The notes below the pieces were generated by a model that was not told the DNA's origin, ran no database searches, and saw nothing but the letters and a program-made list of their open reading frames with translations. Below, in pieces: positions 31,059 through 40,172 of a stretch of 53,729 nucleotides of DNA. How positions within the stretch are numbered: the stretch's first letter is position 1; the number at the start of each line of letters is the position of its first letter. Source of the stretch: a virus (lineage: Duplodnaviria; Caudoviricetes); the IMG/VR virus record IMGVR_UViG_3300044266_000287, positions 1 through 53,729 of that record; one strand, written 5' to 3'. The position numbers were made by a program, and so were the translations under genes.

Positions 31059-33128
31059 ATGTCTGTTTCAAATACCAGTATTTTAATTAAACGTTCGACT
31101 ACGAACAGTACACCAAGTTCATTAAAAGCTGGTGAGATTGCTTACTCGTACCAATCAAATACATTCTTTATCGGTACTCCAGATAGTACTAGCGCACTTG
31201 CTTTAGGTGGTTATAATACCTATCAAGCAGTAAATAATGCGACCGCTGCAAATACAGCCAGTACATTGGTACAACGTGATGTAAACAATGCTTTTTATGG
31301 TCGTTTATATGGTGATGCAAACACAGCAACTACCTTATTGAACGGTAGAAACTTCTCTATTTCTGGTGGTGATATTACTGCTGGTACACAAGCATTTGAT
31401 GGTTCCGCTAGTGTAGTATTAAATGCTTCTCTGAACACTATCGCAGGTTTAACTGCTGGTACATACGGATCATCAACCTTAATACCTATTGTTACAGTTG
31501 CTGCTAACGGTCGTATTGTAGCAATTCAGAACTCATCTAGTTCACTATCAGCTACTTCTAACTTTACTGTTTCTGGTAATACAGGTTCTTCAACATTCTA
31601 TACAGGCAATACATTCCACGTTGTGGGTGGTACTGGTACTGGTATTACTACAACAGAAACAACTATTGGTAATGATGCTTATATCAATATCAATATTGAT
31701 ACTACTATTGCTCGTTCGAATACAACTGCTGTTGGTCCACAAACAATTAGTACAGACCTTACCGTTGCTGGTAACTTAGTAATTACTGGTACAGCGACAT
31801 ATGTTAATACTGCAACTGTACAGACAAACGATTCATTAATTAAATTAGCTGCTAACAATATAGTTAATGACGTAGTTGATATCGGTTTCTACGGATCATC
31901 TAATACAGGTTCTTCTGTCCAATATCACGGTTTGATTCGTGAAGGTTCTGGTGGAACTAACGCAGGTAACTTCTACCTGTTCAAGAATTTGTCCACAGAT
32001 CCAACAACCAATACAGTCAGTTATGCTGGTCTAGCAAAAGCTACTTTATATGCTGACTTAACAGGTTCAACTGGTCTTCCAGTCTCTACTGGTATCTCTG
32101 GTCTCGGTACAGGTATTGCAACAGCATTAAGTGTAAACACAGGTTCTACTGGTTCTGTTGTATTATACAACGGTGCATTAGGTACCCCAACTTCTGGTAC
32201 ATTGACAAATGCAACTGGTCTTCCAGTTTCTACTGGTATTTCTGGTCTAGGTACAGGTGTTGCAACTGCCTTAGCTGCAGGTGTTACTGGTACAGGCAAT
32301 ATTGTTCTAGCACAAAGTCCAACATTTACTGGTACAGCGACCTTTACAAACATTAATGCTGCTAGTATTAACGTAGGTACTACAACATATGTTGCAACTA
32401 ATGTTTTAGGTTCATTCCAAGGTAGTACAAACGGATATGAACAGTTCATTATTCAGAACTCAAACAATGGAAGTCAAGCATCCGTAGACTTTATTGTAAG
32501 TAATGATAAATCGGCCGACAATGGTTATTACGGCGACTATGGTATGAACAGTTCCGGATTTAGTGGTTCCGGTTCATTCAGTTTACCAAATGCTGTTTAT
32601 TTGGCATCAGCAAACACAGACTTGTCAATCGGAACATACAATGCTAATGCAATCCACTTTGTTGTAAATAGTGGTTCAACCGATGCAATGACTATCAGTT
32701 CATCTGGTGCAGTTACATTAGGTACAGCACTTGGTGTTGCTTCAGGCGGTACAGGCGCAACGTCATTTACAACTGGTGCAATCCTTGTTGGTTCTGGTAC
32801 AGGTGCTCTAACTACTTTAGCAAATTCATCATTTACTGCTACTGGTTCTGGCGCAGCAAACAACACAGTATCTTCACTTACTGTTGATTCTTATGGTCGT
32901 GCAACTGCTGTTACATACTCAGCAATCTCTGGTCTGACTGTAGGTCAAGGCGGTACTGGTCTCAGCACTATTACCACAAACGGTATCACCTACGGTAACG
33001 GAACAGGTGTTGTTGGAGTTACCGCAGCTGCTGGTAGTTCTGACCAAACTTGGTCTAATCAGATTCTTACAGTCACTAATGCCGGTGTTCCAGTTTGGTC
33101 ATCCGCTTTAGATGGAGGATCGTTCTAA
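31059..33128 (+). CDS. Tail fibre protein with Mtd_N/gp34-like N-terminal module
   Basis: 'ILIKRS....P..L..GEIAY.....F.IG'; 'AGTYGS...IP..TV...GR' and 'V..GGTG' fibre motifs; duplicated TGLPVSTGISGLGTG.ATAL; ends LDGGSF. Confidence 0.75.
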   Translation: MSVSNTSILIKRSTTNSTPSSLKAGEIAYSYQSNTFFIGTPDSTSALALGGYNTYQAVNNATAANTASTLVQRDVNNAFYGRLYGDANTATTLLNGRNFSISGGDITAGTQAFDGSASVVLNASLNTIAGLTAGTYGSSTLIPIVTVAANGRIVAIQNSSSSLSATSNFTVSGNTGSSTFYTGNTFHVVGGTGTGITTTETTIGNDAYININIDTTIARSNTTAVGPQTISTDLTVAGNLVITGTATYVNTATVQTNDSLIKLAANNIVNDVVDIGFYGSSNTGSSVQYHGLIREGSGGTNAGNFYLFKNLSTDPTTNTVSYAGLAKATLYADLTGSTGLPVSTGISGLGTGIATALSVNTGSTGSVVLYNGALGTPTSGTLTNATGLPVSTGISGLGTGVATALAAGVTGTGNIVLAQSPTFTGTATFTNINAASINVGTTTYVATNVLGSFQGSTNGYEQFIIQNSNNGSQASVDFIVSNDKSADNGYYGDYGMNSSGFSGSGSFSLPNAVYLASANTDLSIGTYNANAIHFVVNSGSTDAMTISSSGAVTLGTALGVASGGTGATSFTTGAILVGSGTGALTTLANSSFTATGSGAANNTVSSLTVDSYGRATAVTYSAISGLTVGQGGTGLSTITTNGITYGNGTGVVGVTAAAGSSDQTWSNQILTVTNAGVPVWSSALDGGSF

Positions 33129-33174
33129 ATATACTTTGTAATGGTTTTATAATTTTTTATATTAGGAGTTTGAA

Positions 33175-33810
33175 ATGAGTAATGAAAAGTATGTGAATGT
33201 TTATGTTGAGACTATGACTAACACCTTGACTGATGCTATTGTTAGGAATATATCTTTACAGGCTAACGCCAAGATTAATGAAGATATAATTAAAGACCAA
33301 TCCGAAAGGATTGGTCAACTAGAAAACCTAGTTAACCAAACAACAGAAGGACAAGGTGCTGAAATTGAAACTTTAAAAGGTATTATTGAAGAAATGACCA
33401 CAGTAGTTAATGATACCAATAAAATAAAAAGTGAAAATGAAAGTATCAAAAGCGTACTTAACGGCCATCTGGAAACAATTGGTCAGTTAAATAAAAAAGT
33501 TGCTGAATTTGAAACGTTAAAATCTGAGTATGAGAATGTTAAACATCAGGTAAATCATGTTGACACATTTAGAAATGAATTAGCTAAAGAACGTGATGCA
33601 CATGAAGCAACCCGCATTGAACTTTTAAACAGAATTAATGATTTAGAGAATGAACATAATGATGTCGTCAGTACATTGAACGACCAAATTGAATATTTAC
33701 AACTAACTCCTGCCAAACGAAAAAAAATTGATGAAATGAAATCAACTCTGGTTGATATTGATGATTCAAACAAATCGAATAAAGTTACAAAAGATGGCGG
33801 AAGTTTTTAA
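33175..33810 (+). CDS. Charged coiled-coil protein (possible fibre chaperone or linker)
   Basis: AGGAG SD; continuous E/K-rich heptads; ends KDGGSF. Confidence 0.6.
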   Translation: MSNEKYVNVYVETMTNTLTDAIVRNISLQANAKINEDIIKDQSERIGQLENLVNQTTEGQGAEIETLKGIIEEMTTVVNDTNKIKSENESIKSVLNGHLETIGQLNKKVAEFETLKSEYENVKHQVNHVDTFRNELAKERDAHEATRIELLNRINDLENEHNDVVSTLNDQIEYLQLTPAKRKKIDEMKSTLVDIDDSNKSNKVTKDGGSF

Positions 33811-33814
33811 GTAA

Positions 33815-35341
33815 ATGGCAATTGCAAACACAACACTAATACTACGAAAATCAGGTGTATCAGGCAACGTACCAGTAGCCCTTGCTAATGGTGAGCTTGC
33901 GCTTAACTACGCTGATGGAAAGTTGTATTATAAAAATGCTACAGGTACCATCACTTATATTTCTAGTGGTGCTTCTACCAATTCATTTGCAACAATCAAT
34001 GCAAATTCATCCTTAATTCTAGCATCATCTAATACTGATACACTATCAATTGCACCTGGTAATAATATTACCATTACTGCTTGTACAGTTACAAAAACAA
34101 TTACAATCAACTCTACTGCAACTGGCGGTGGTGGTTCAGGTTCAGGTGGTGCATTTAATTATTTCCAAAATACTGCACCATCGACAGCAAACTCACATGA
34201 TTATTGGACTAATAGTGATACAGGAGTTTTGTATGAGAATTTTGGAACTCCTTCTACACCAATATGGGCAGAAGTTGGTCCAACAGGAACATTAGCAAAC
34301 TCACAACCAGGTGCAATTGTTGGTACTACAATTACAGGAAACGTTATCACTGGTAATACATTAAGTATTGGTACCTTTACTGGAACTACAAACAACAATG
34401 CAGTAATAATAAACGCTACACCATCAAATCCTTACACCGTTGGTGCAAATGGATACGCATTGCTGATTAACGGTGGTTGGGGTGGCGGAATTCTGTTGCG
34501 TGATGGTACCCAAGACTGGGGTATATTTGATAATTCGGGTATACTGAATATTGCTAATGGTGTTTCAGGTGGTGCCCAAACAAGTCGCCTAACTCTCACC
34601 ACTGGAGGCGTACTAACTACAAATAGTATATCATCAAACAACATATCAATTCCTGCTGCGGCTGGTTATGTCAATAGTAACATGGCTAACAATAACTATG
34701 TTGGTGTGAATAATGGTCACGGTCAACTGTTTGATGATGGTAACTTACACTTACATGCAAACACAGGTGCAATTTGGATCAACACATTAGATAGTTCTCC
34801 TGTTCGTATTGGTAATCAATATAATTCTGGTAATGGTGGTGGTTTGATTGTTACTGGTAACACATATCTAAGTAATGTCATAATCTCTGGTACAATTACA
34901 AGTAATGCACCAATGATTATGGTGGCAGGTCTAACATCAAACAACACATCACCAGTCGGTTCAAACTGGACACTTCCTTTAGTGGCACAATACGACCCTA
35001 ACAGTTGGTGGAAACCTGCAAGCAACACAGCAATACCATCAATTGCTGGATGGTATGAAGTATATGGACAAGTTTGGTGGGGTGCTGGATCCGGTACAGG
35101 TCAAGTCAATGTACAAATACAAAAGAATGGTAATACAGCATCAATCAATCAAGCAAATGTGACTGCAACATTTAGTGGTCTGGTTCAAACAGTTTCTTGT
35201 CTAATGTATTGTAATGGCTCAACTGATACTGTCTCTCTTACATCATATGCAGGAGGGGCATCAAGTGAAACAGTTCAACCAGGTTCATTGAATTCTGGCA
35301 TAAGTTCTGGTACTTATTTAAATATTTCTTTGGTGAGATAA
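33815..35341 (+). CDS. Fibre protein with Mtd_N-like N-terminus and C1q/TNF-like C-terminal head
   Basis: 'LILRKSG..G.VP..LA.GELALNYADGKLYYKN'; internal 'AP......D.W..SD.G.L.......W' module; C-terminal 'P.IAGWYEV...V......IQKNG...S...Y.NG..D.V.L'. Confidence 0.65.
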   Translation: MAIANTTLILRKSGVSGNVPVALANGELALNYADGKLYYKNATGTITYISSGASTNSFATINANSSLILASSNTDTLSIAPGNNITITACTVTKTITINSTATGGGGSGSGGAFNYFQNTAPSTANSHDYWTNSDTGVLYENFGTPSTPIWAEVGPTGTLANSQPGAIVGTTITGNVITGNTLSIGTFTGTTNNNAVIINATPSNPYTVGANGYALLINGGWGGGILLRDGTQDWGIFDNSGILNIANGVSGGAQTSRLTLTTGGVLTTNSISSNNISIPAAAGYVNSNMANNNYVGVNNGHGQLFDDGNLHLHANTGAIWINTLDSSPVRIGNQYNSGNGGGLIVTGNTYLSNVIISGTITSNAPMIMVAGLTSNNTSPVGSNWTLPLVAQYDPNSWWKPASNTAIPSIAGWYEVYGQVWWGAGSGTGQVNVQIQKNGNTASINQANVTATFSGLVQTVSCLMYCNGSTDTVSLTSYAGGASSETVQPGSLNSGISSGTYLNISLVR

Positions 35342-35344
35342 TAA

Positions 35345-36202
35345 ATGTCACTTATTAATTTTCCTTCCTCACCTACACTATATCAAACATTCACAGTTGG
35401 TACAAAGACTTGGATTTGGAATGGTTACGCATGGGATTTACAAATTGCCAATACGGCATCAATAACTGCTTATGCAAATTTAGCTTTTACTCAAGCAAAT
35501 ACAGCAAGTGCTAATACTGTATACCTTCAAGGGGCATTAAATACTGCTAATGCCAATACGGTATACTTACAAGGTGGTTTAAACTCAGCTAATGCTAACA
35601 TAAGTTTACTACAAGCATATTCAAATCAAGCTAATGCAAATATTGGATTACTACAAGCCTACTCCAATCAGGCAAATGCCAATATAAGTCTATTACAATC
35701 TTATGTAAACCAATCAAATGCAAACATAAGTTTACTTCAAGCATATGCAAATCAAAGTAATGCTAACGTTACTTTATTGCAAGCCTACTCCAATCAAGCC
35801 AATGCTAATATAAGTCTATTACAATCTTATGTAAACCAAGCCAATGCTAATATTAGTTTGTTACAGGCTTATTCCAATCAAGCCAATGCTAACATAAGTT
35901 TACTCCAAAGTTATTCTAATCAGGCCAATGCCAATATTGCTTATAGTATTGGTGTTGATTTATCTCAGAATACAACAATTCAAGCCGCTTTTAATAAAGC
36001 AAATACAGCATTTAAATATACAACTAGTGCAACAAGACCTACAGGAAATACTGTAGGTGATTTATGGTATAGTACTGGAGATGACACAATTTACCAATAC
36101 ACATATGATGGAGTAAGTAATAATTGGATTGATATTACAGGTCCAATTTTAAGAACTTCTAATATTCTTGTTCAATATACAATTGCTGCTAACGTAAGTT
36201 AA
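35345..36202 (+). CDS. Adaptor/stalk protein
   Basis: N-terminal 'INFPSSPT..QT......W.WNG.AW'; ~10 14-aa repeats; C-terminal 'GDLWY..DD..Y.YT.DG.SNNWIDITGP...YTIAANVS'. Confidence 0.7.
   Translation: MSLINFPSSPTLYQTFTVGTKTWIWNGYAWDLQIANTASITAYANLAFTQANTASANTVYLQGALNTANANTVYLQGGLNSANANISLLQAYSNQANANIGLLQAYSNQANANISLLQSYVNQSNANISLLQAYANQSNANVTLLQAYSNQANANISLLQSYVNQANANISLLQAYSNQANANISLLQSYSNQANANIAYSIGVDLSQNTTIQAAFNKANTAFKYTTSATRPTGNTVGDLWYSTGDDTIYQYTYDGVSNNWIDITGPILRTSNILVQYTIAANVS
35540..35945 (+). repeat. Coding tandem repeat, 42-bp unit x~10
   Basis: xANANISLLQAYSN units counted in the translation; boundaries approximate. Confidence 0.9.
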
Positions 36203-36211
36203 GGATTAAGA

Positions 36212-37468
36212 ATGTCAATTAATGAAGGACAAACGATACAATACACAGTAACTACGACCAATACGGCCGATGGTACTGTATTATATTGGAAAACTACAGG
36301 AAATGTTCATTTAGACCAAATAGCAAATAGCAATGGTACAATGACTGTTGTAAATAACCGAGCAACTTTTAATGTAACAACACTTGTAAACCATATTACT
36401 GATGGAAATAATATTATAGGTATTAGTTTGTCTACAGGTTCTTTAACTGGACCTGCTGTCGTGAATACTGCAAATCCAATTTTAATCAATGATACTTCAT
36501 TATCACCTGCTCCATATAGTATAAATTATCTAGTAGTTGGTGGTGGTGGATCTGCCGGATTTGCTGGTTGTGTCTCATCTGCAGGCGGAGGTGGTGCGGG
36601 TGGTGTACTGTCCGGAAGTACAATACTATCCGGAGGAGTTTATTCAATTACCGTTGGAGCTGGTGCAGCAGGATCAACTGTGGGTGGAGATCCTAGTACT
36701 CCAGGTAATAATGGAACTAATAGCATAATTTATAATAACTGTACGAGTTCTAATGTGGCAGTTGCTTTTGGTGGTGGTTTTGGCGCTGGTGGTTCATACA
36801 ATAGAGGTCCGTGGATTAGCACTGGTAATCCTGGAGGATCCGGAGGAGGAGGAGGAGCCCAAGGCGCATCCGCCTGTACAGCAAATAATTCATCTTATGG
36901 ACCACTCTCTCCTCCAGCATATGTTGTCGGTGGAGCAGGATATAATTATCCAGGACCAACTCAACAAGGATATCCTGGTGGTAACGGAAAAGTTGTCAGA
37001 TACAACTGGTGTGTGCCAGGGCCTGGGATGGCTGCGTTTGCAGGTGGCGGCGGCGGTGCAGGTGCTGCAGGATATTCTTCAACACCAAGTCGTTCGGGTG
37101 CAGGCGGTAACGGTTATACTTGGCCATATACTGCAAACACCTATGGTGGTGGCGGTGCTGGTGGAGGCGGTTATTACTGTGGTGCTACTATTAGTGGAGG
37201 AACTGGCGGAGGTGGACCATCTGGACCATTCTCACCAACTTACTATACAAACACCGGATCTCCTGGTGTTCAAAATACAGGAGGTGGAAGTGGCGCTGGT
37301 TCAGCTGGTTGTAATCGTCCATCAGGTGGTTCAGGTATAGTAATCTTGGCCGTACCAGTTGCTGGATATCCAGGTTCTGCTCCTGGTGCTACTGTAACTT
37401 GTGCACCACCAAGTTATCCTGGAGTAAAGTTGATAACATACACCACATCAGGCACCTACACGGCTTAA
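36212..37468 (+). CDS. Gly-rich adhesin-like protein with N-terminal Ig/Calx-beta-like domain
   Basis: Paralogue of 9867..10979 (MSINEGQTIQYTV...DGTVLYW); one Gly-rich module ending TSGTYTA. Confidence 0.7.
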   Translation: MSINEGQTIQYTVTTTNTADGTVLYWKTTGNVHLDQIANSNGTMTVVNNRATFNVTTLVNHITDGNNIIGISLSTGSLTGPAVVNTANPILINDTSLSPAPYSINYLVVGGGGSAGFAGCVSSAGGGGAGGVLSGSTILSGGVYSITVGAGAAGSTVGGDPSTPGNNGTNSIIYNNCTSSNVAVAFGGGFGAGGSYNRGPWISTGNPGGSGGGGGAQGASACTANNSSYGPLSPPAYVVGGAGYNYPGPTQQGYPGGNGKVVRYNWCVPGPGMAAFAGGGGGAGAAGYSSTPSRSGAGGNGYTWPYTANTYGGGGAGGGGYYCGATISGGTGGGGPSGPFSPTYYTNTGSPGVQNTGGGSGAGSAGCNRPSGGSGIVILAVPVAGYPGSAPGATVTCAPPSYPGVKLITYTTSGTYTA

Positions 37469-37474
37469 TAAATA
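37467..37474 (+). promoter_or_regulatory. Putative late promoter (AATAAATA) overlapping stop codon
   Basis: ACGGCT-TAA-TAAATA, same context as 42279 and 45703. Confidence 0.6.
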
Positions 37475-37498
37475 TAAAATAATCTTAGGACCGTTTAC

Positions 37499-39817
37499 AT
37501 GGCATTTCCAACATCACCAGCAAATAATCAAACAGCTATAGTCAATGGCATTGTTTATCAATGGAATGCTACGCTTGGTGTTTGGAAAAGAAATGGTTCC
37601 GTAGATTCAATTTCTGTTGGGCAATATATTGCTTTTTCAGGAACATCATCATCATCAAACACATCAGGATCTTTAATTGTTTCCGGTGGTGCAGGTATTA
37701 CAGGTAATGTATATACAGGAAGTGTTGTACTTACTGGTTCAGGAAATGGCATCACCTTTGTTGATGGTACAACACAAACTTCTGCGGCAAATTTAGTACC
37801 ACTTAATGCTAACATAAGTTTACTCCAATCATATTCAAACCAAGCTAATGCTAATATAACATATTTACAAGGTGCTTTGGCCTCAGAAAATGCCAATTCA
37901 ACTTTATTATTTTCATATTCAAACCAAGCTAATGCCAATATTGCTCTATTGCAGGCTTATTCAAATCAAGCTAACGCCAACATAAGTTTACTTCAGGCAT
38001 ACTCTAATCAGGCAAATGCTAATATTGGACTGTTACAGGCTTATTCAAACCAAGCTAATGCTAATATTGTTTTGTTGTTTGGTATAGAAAATAGTCAAAA
38101 TGCTAATATTGGACTGTTACAGGCTTATTCAAACCAAGCCAATGCTAACATAAGTTTATTACAATCCTATGTAAACCAAGCAAACGCTAATATTGTTTCA
38201 CTACAAGCATTAGCAAATACAGATTATACAACACTAACGGCTACTGCTGGTGTTTATGGTAATTCATCATATGTTCCAGTAATTACTTTGGCGGCCAATG
38301 GTCGTATAACATCAATTACTAATACTGCAATTACTGGAGGAGGTTCTTCATCCGGTTATCAAGCAAATACAATTCTAGTTGCCAATTCTGCTGGTTATGT
38401 TAGTAACTCAAATTTATTCTTTACTGTATCCAATAATAATTTAATAGTAGCAAATAGTATTATAACTGGTGGTGGTACAGGCGGTAGTATTATTGGTGCC
38501 AATGTTATTTCTGCCAATACTATTGTACTTTCAGGTACAATCACAACAGGTAGTGGTGTAGGTGGTAATATTAGTGGTGCAAATATTATTTCAGCTAACA
38601 CAGTCAATGTTAGTACAGCTTTAATATTCCCTGACGGTACAATACAATATACAGCCAATGGTGGTGCAAACATTGTTTCAAATATTGCTTTGTTACAATC
38701 TTATTCTAATCAAGCTAATGCTAATATTGGTTTATTGCAAGCATATTCTAACCAAGCTAATGCTAACATAAGTTTATTACAATCTTATGTAAATACTTCA
38801 AATGCAAATGATGTTATGTTGTTTGCAAACGTTGCATCATTAAACACATATTCTCAAGCTGCTTTTGCTAAAGCAAATACATCATTACAGCTTTCAGGCA
38901 CAACACAAACTGTAAGTAGCAACGTCACTATTCAAGGTAATCTATCCGTAACAGGTAACGTAGTATATACTGGTAATGTAACCTCTGTACAGATTACAGG
39001 TAACACAGGACAATTCTTCGGTTACTCTGCAAACGGATTTAATGCTTTCTATTCTGGTATTCCTACTGGTTATCTACTTGAACCACAGATTGTAAACCAA
39101 ATCACCAGCAACTTTAATGGTTATGCTGGTGGCATTAACATGCAGAATATTAATTCTGGTTCTAATGCTTCTTCAGATTTGTTTATCTCTGCTGATAACG
39201 GAACAATCAATGACGGATTCTTAGACTTAGGTTTAGCATCTTCAACATACAATTATCCTGGTTATAATTTAATTGGGAAGAACGATGCATACTTCTTTGT
39301 AACCGGTAACACCACAACTGGTGGTGGTAACATGATTATCGGTACCGGTGCACCAAACGATATTATCTTTACTGCAAACGGAATTACTACAACAAATGAA
39401 GTGATGCGTGTCTCTGCTTCAGGTAATAATGTAACAATTAAAACAAACGTACCAAGTTCATCAAATACTACTGGTTCATTGAAAGTTGTTGGTGGTGTAG
39501 GTGTTACAGGTAACGTATATGCAAATAGAATATATACTAATGGTCTGTTTTGGGCTGCAAATGGTAATGTAATTTCAACTGGCGGTAGTTCTGGTCCGGT
39601 AAATACATCTGCAGCAACACCACCAGCAACAGGAAACAATGTTAATGATATCTGGTACAACACTACAAATGATGTAGCATATCGTTATACATATGATGGT
39701 ACTAATTATTATTGGGTTGACGTTATTGGACCAACAGTAACAGTACTAGCAAATGCAACTTATTCAACAATATCATCAAGTAGAGCAATTGCTTTCTCCT
39801 TGATTTTTGGAGGTTAA
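37499..39817 (+). CDS. Long fibre/adaptor protein
   Basis: N-terminal MAFPTSP module; two blocks of 14-aa repeats; ~180-aa domain shared with 7845..9857; 'NDIWYN' module; ends RAIAFSLIFGG. Confidence 0.7.
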   Translation: MAFPTSPANNQTAIVNGIVYQWNATLGVWKRNGSVDSISVGQYIAFSGTSSSSNTSGSLIVSGGAGITGNVYTGSVVLTGSGNGITFVDGTTQTSAANLVPLNANISLLQSYSNQANANITYLQGALASENANSTLLFSYSNQANANIALLQAYSNQANANISLLQAYSNQANANIGLLQAYSNQANANIVLLFGIENSQNANIGLLQAYSNQANANISLLQSYVNQANANIVSLQALANTDYTTLTATAGVYGNSSYVPVITLAANGRITSITNTAITGGGSSSGYQANTILVANSAGYVSNSNLFFTVSNNNLIVANSIITGGGTGGSIIGANVISANTIVLSGTITTGSGVGGNISGANIISANTVNVSTALIFPDGTIQYTANGGANIVSNIALLQSYSNQANANIGLLQAYSNQANANISLLQSYVNTSNANDVMLFANVASLNTYSQAAFAKANTSLQLSGTTQTVSSNVTIQGNLSVTGNVVYTGNVTSVQITGNTGQFFGYSANGFNAFYSGIPTGYLLEPQIVNQITSNFNGYAGGINMQNINSGSNASSDLFISADNGTINDGFLDLGLASSTYNYPGYNLIGKNDAYFFVTGNTTTGGGNMIIGTGAPNDIIFTANGITTTNEVMRVSASGNNVTIKTNVPSSSNTTGSLKVVGGVGVTGNVYANRIYTNGLFWAANGNVISTGGSSGPVNTSAATPPATGNNVNDIWYNTTNDVAYRYTYDGTNYYWVDVIGPTVTVLANATYSTISSSRAIAFSLIFGG
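37805..38210 (+). repeat. Coding tandem repeat, 42-bp unit x~10 (second shorter block near 38680-38830)
   Basis: xNANIxLLQAYSN units in the translation; boundaries approximate. Confidence 0.85.
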
Positions 39818-39818
39818 A

Positions 39819-40172
39819 ATGACAGCACCTAATATTGCTGCACTCGTTAACATTTACGGAAATACAGCCACATTTTTGGCCAATACTATCACATCAACAT
39901 TTCTTACAAATGCTACCAATAGTTCTACCGTGATTAAGGTTAACTCCATTGTGGCAGCAAACTATTCATCAAATACAGTCAATACATATATTGATTTATA
40001 TCGTGGTGGTGTTGGTTATCCTATGGCAAACACTCAAGTACCTCCTAACTCAACAATGGTCATATCAGGTAAAGATATGGTATTCTATATGGTTGAAGGA
40101 GATTCTCTGAGAGCATCTGCTAATGCTAACACTGCACTTTCAATTACCAGTTCTTATGAGACTATCAGTTAA
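39819..40172 (+). CDS. Small beta-sandwich linker protein
   Basis: ATG 39819 follows a GGAGGT SD formed by the upstream Gly-Gly codons; 'APNI.......G.T...KVNSI..AN...VP..ST.....K....Y..EGD.LR...SYE.IS'. Confidence 0.65.
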   Translation: MTAPNIAALVNIYGNTATFLANTITSTFLTNATNSSTVIKVNSIVAANYSSNTVNTYIDLYRGGVGYPMANTQVPPNSTMVISGKDMVFYMVEGDSLRASANANTALSITSSYETIS

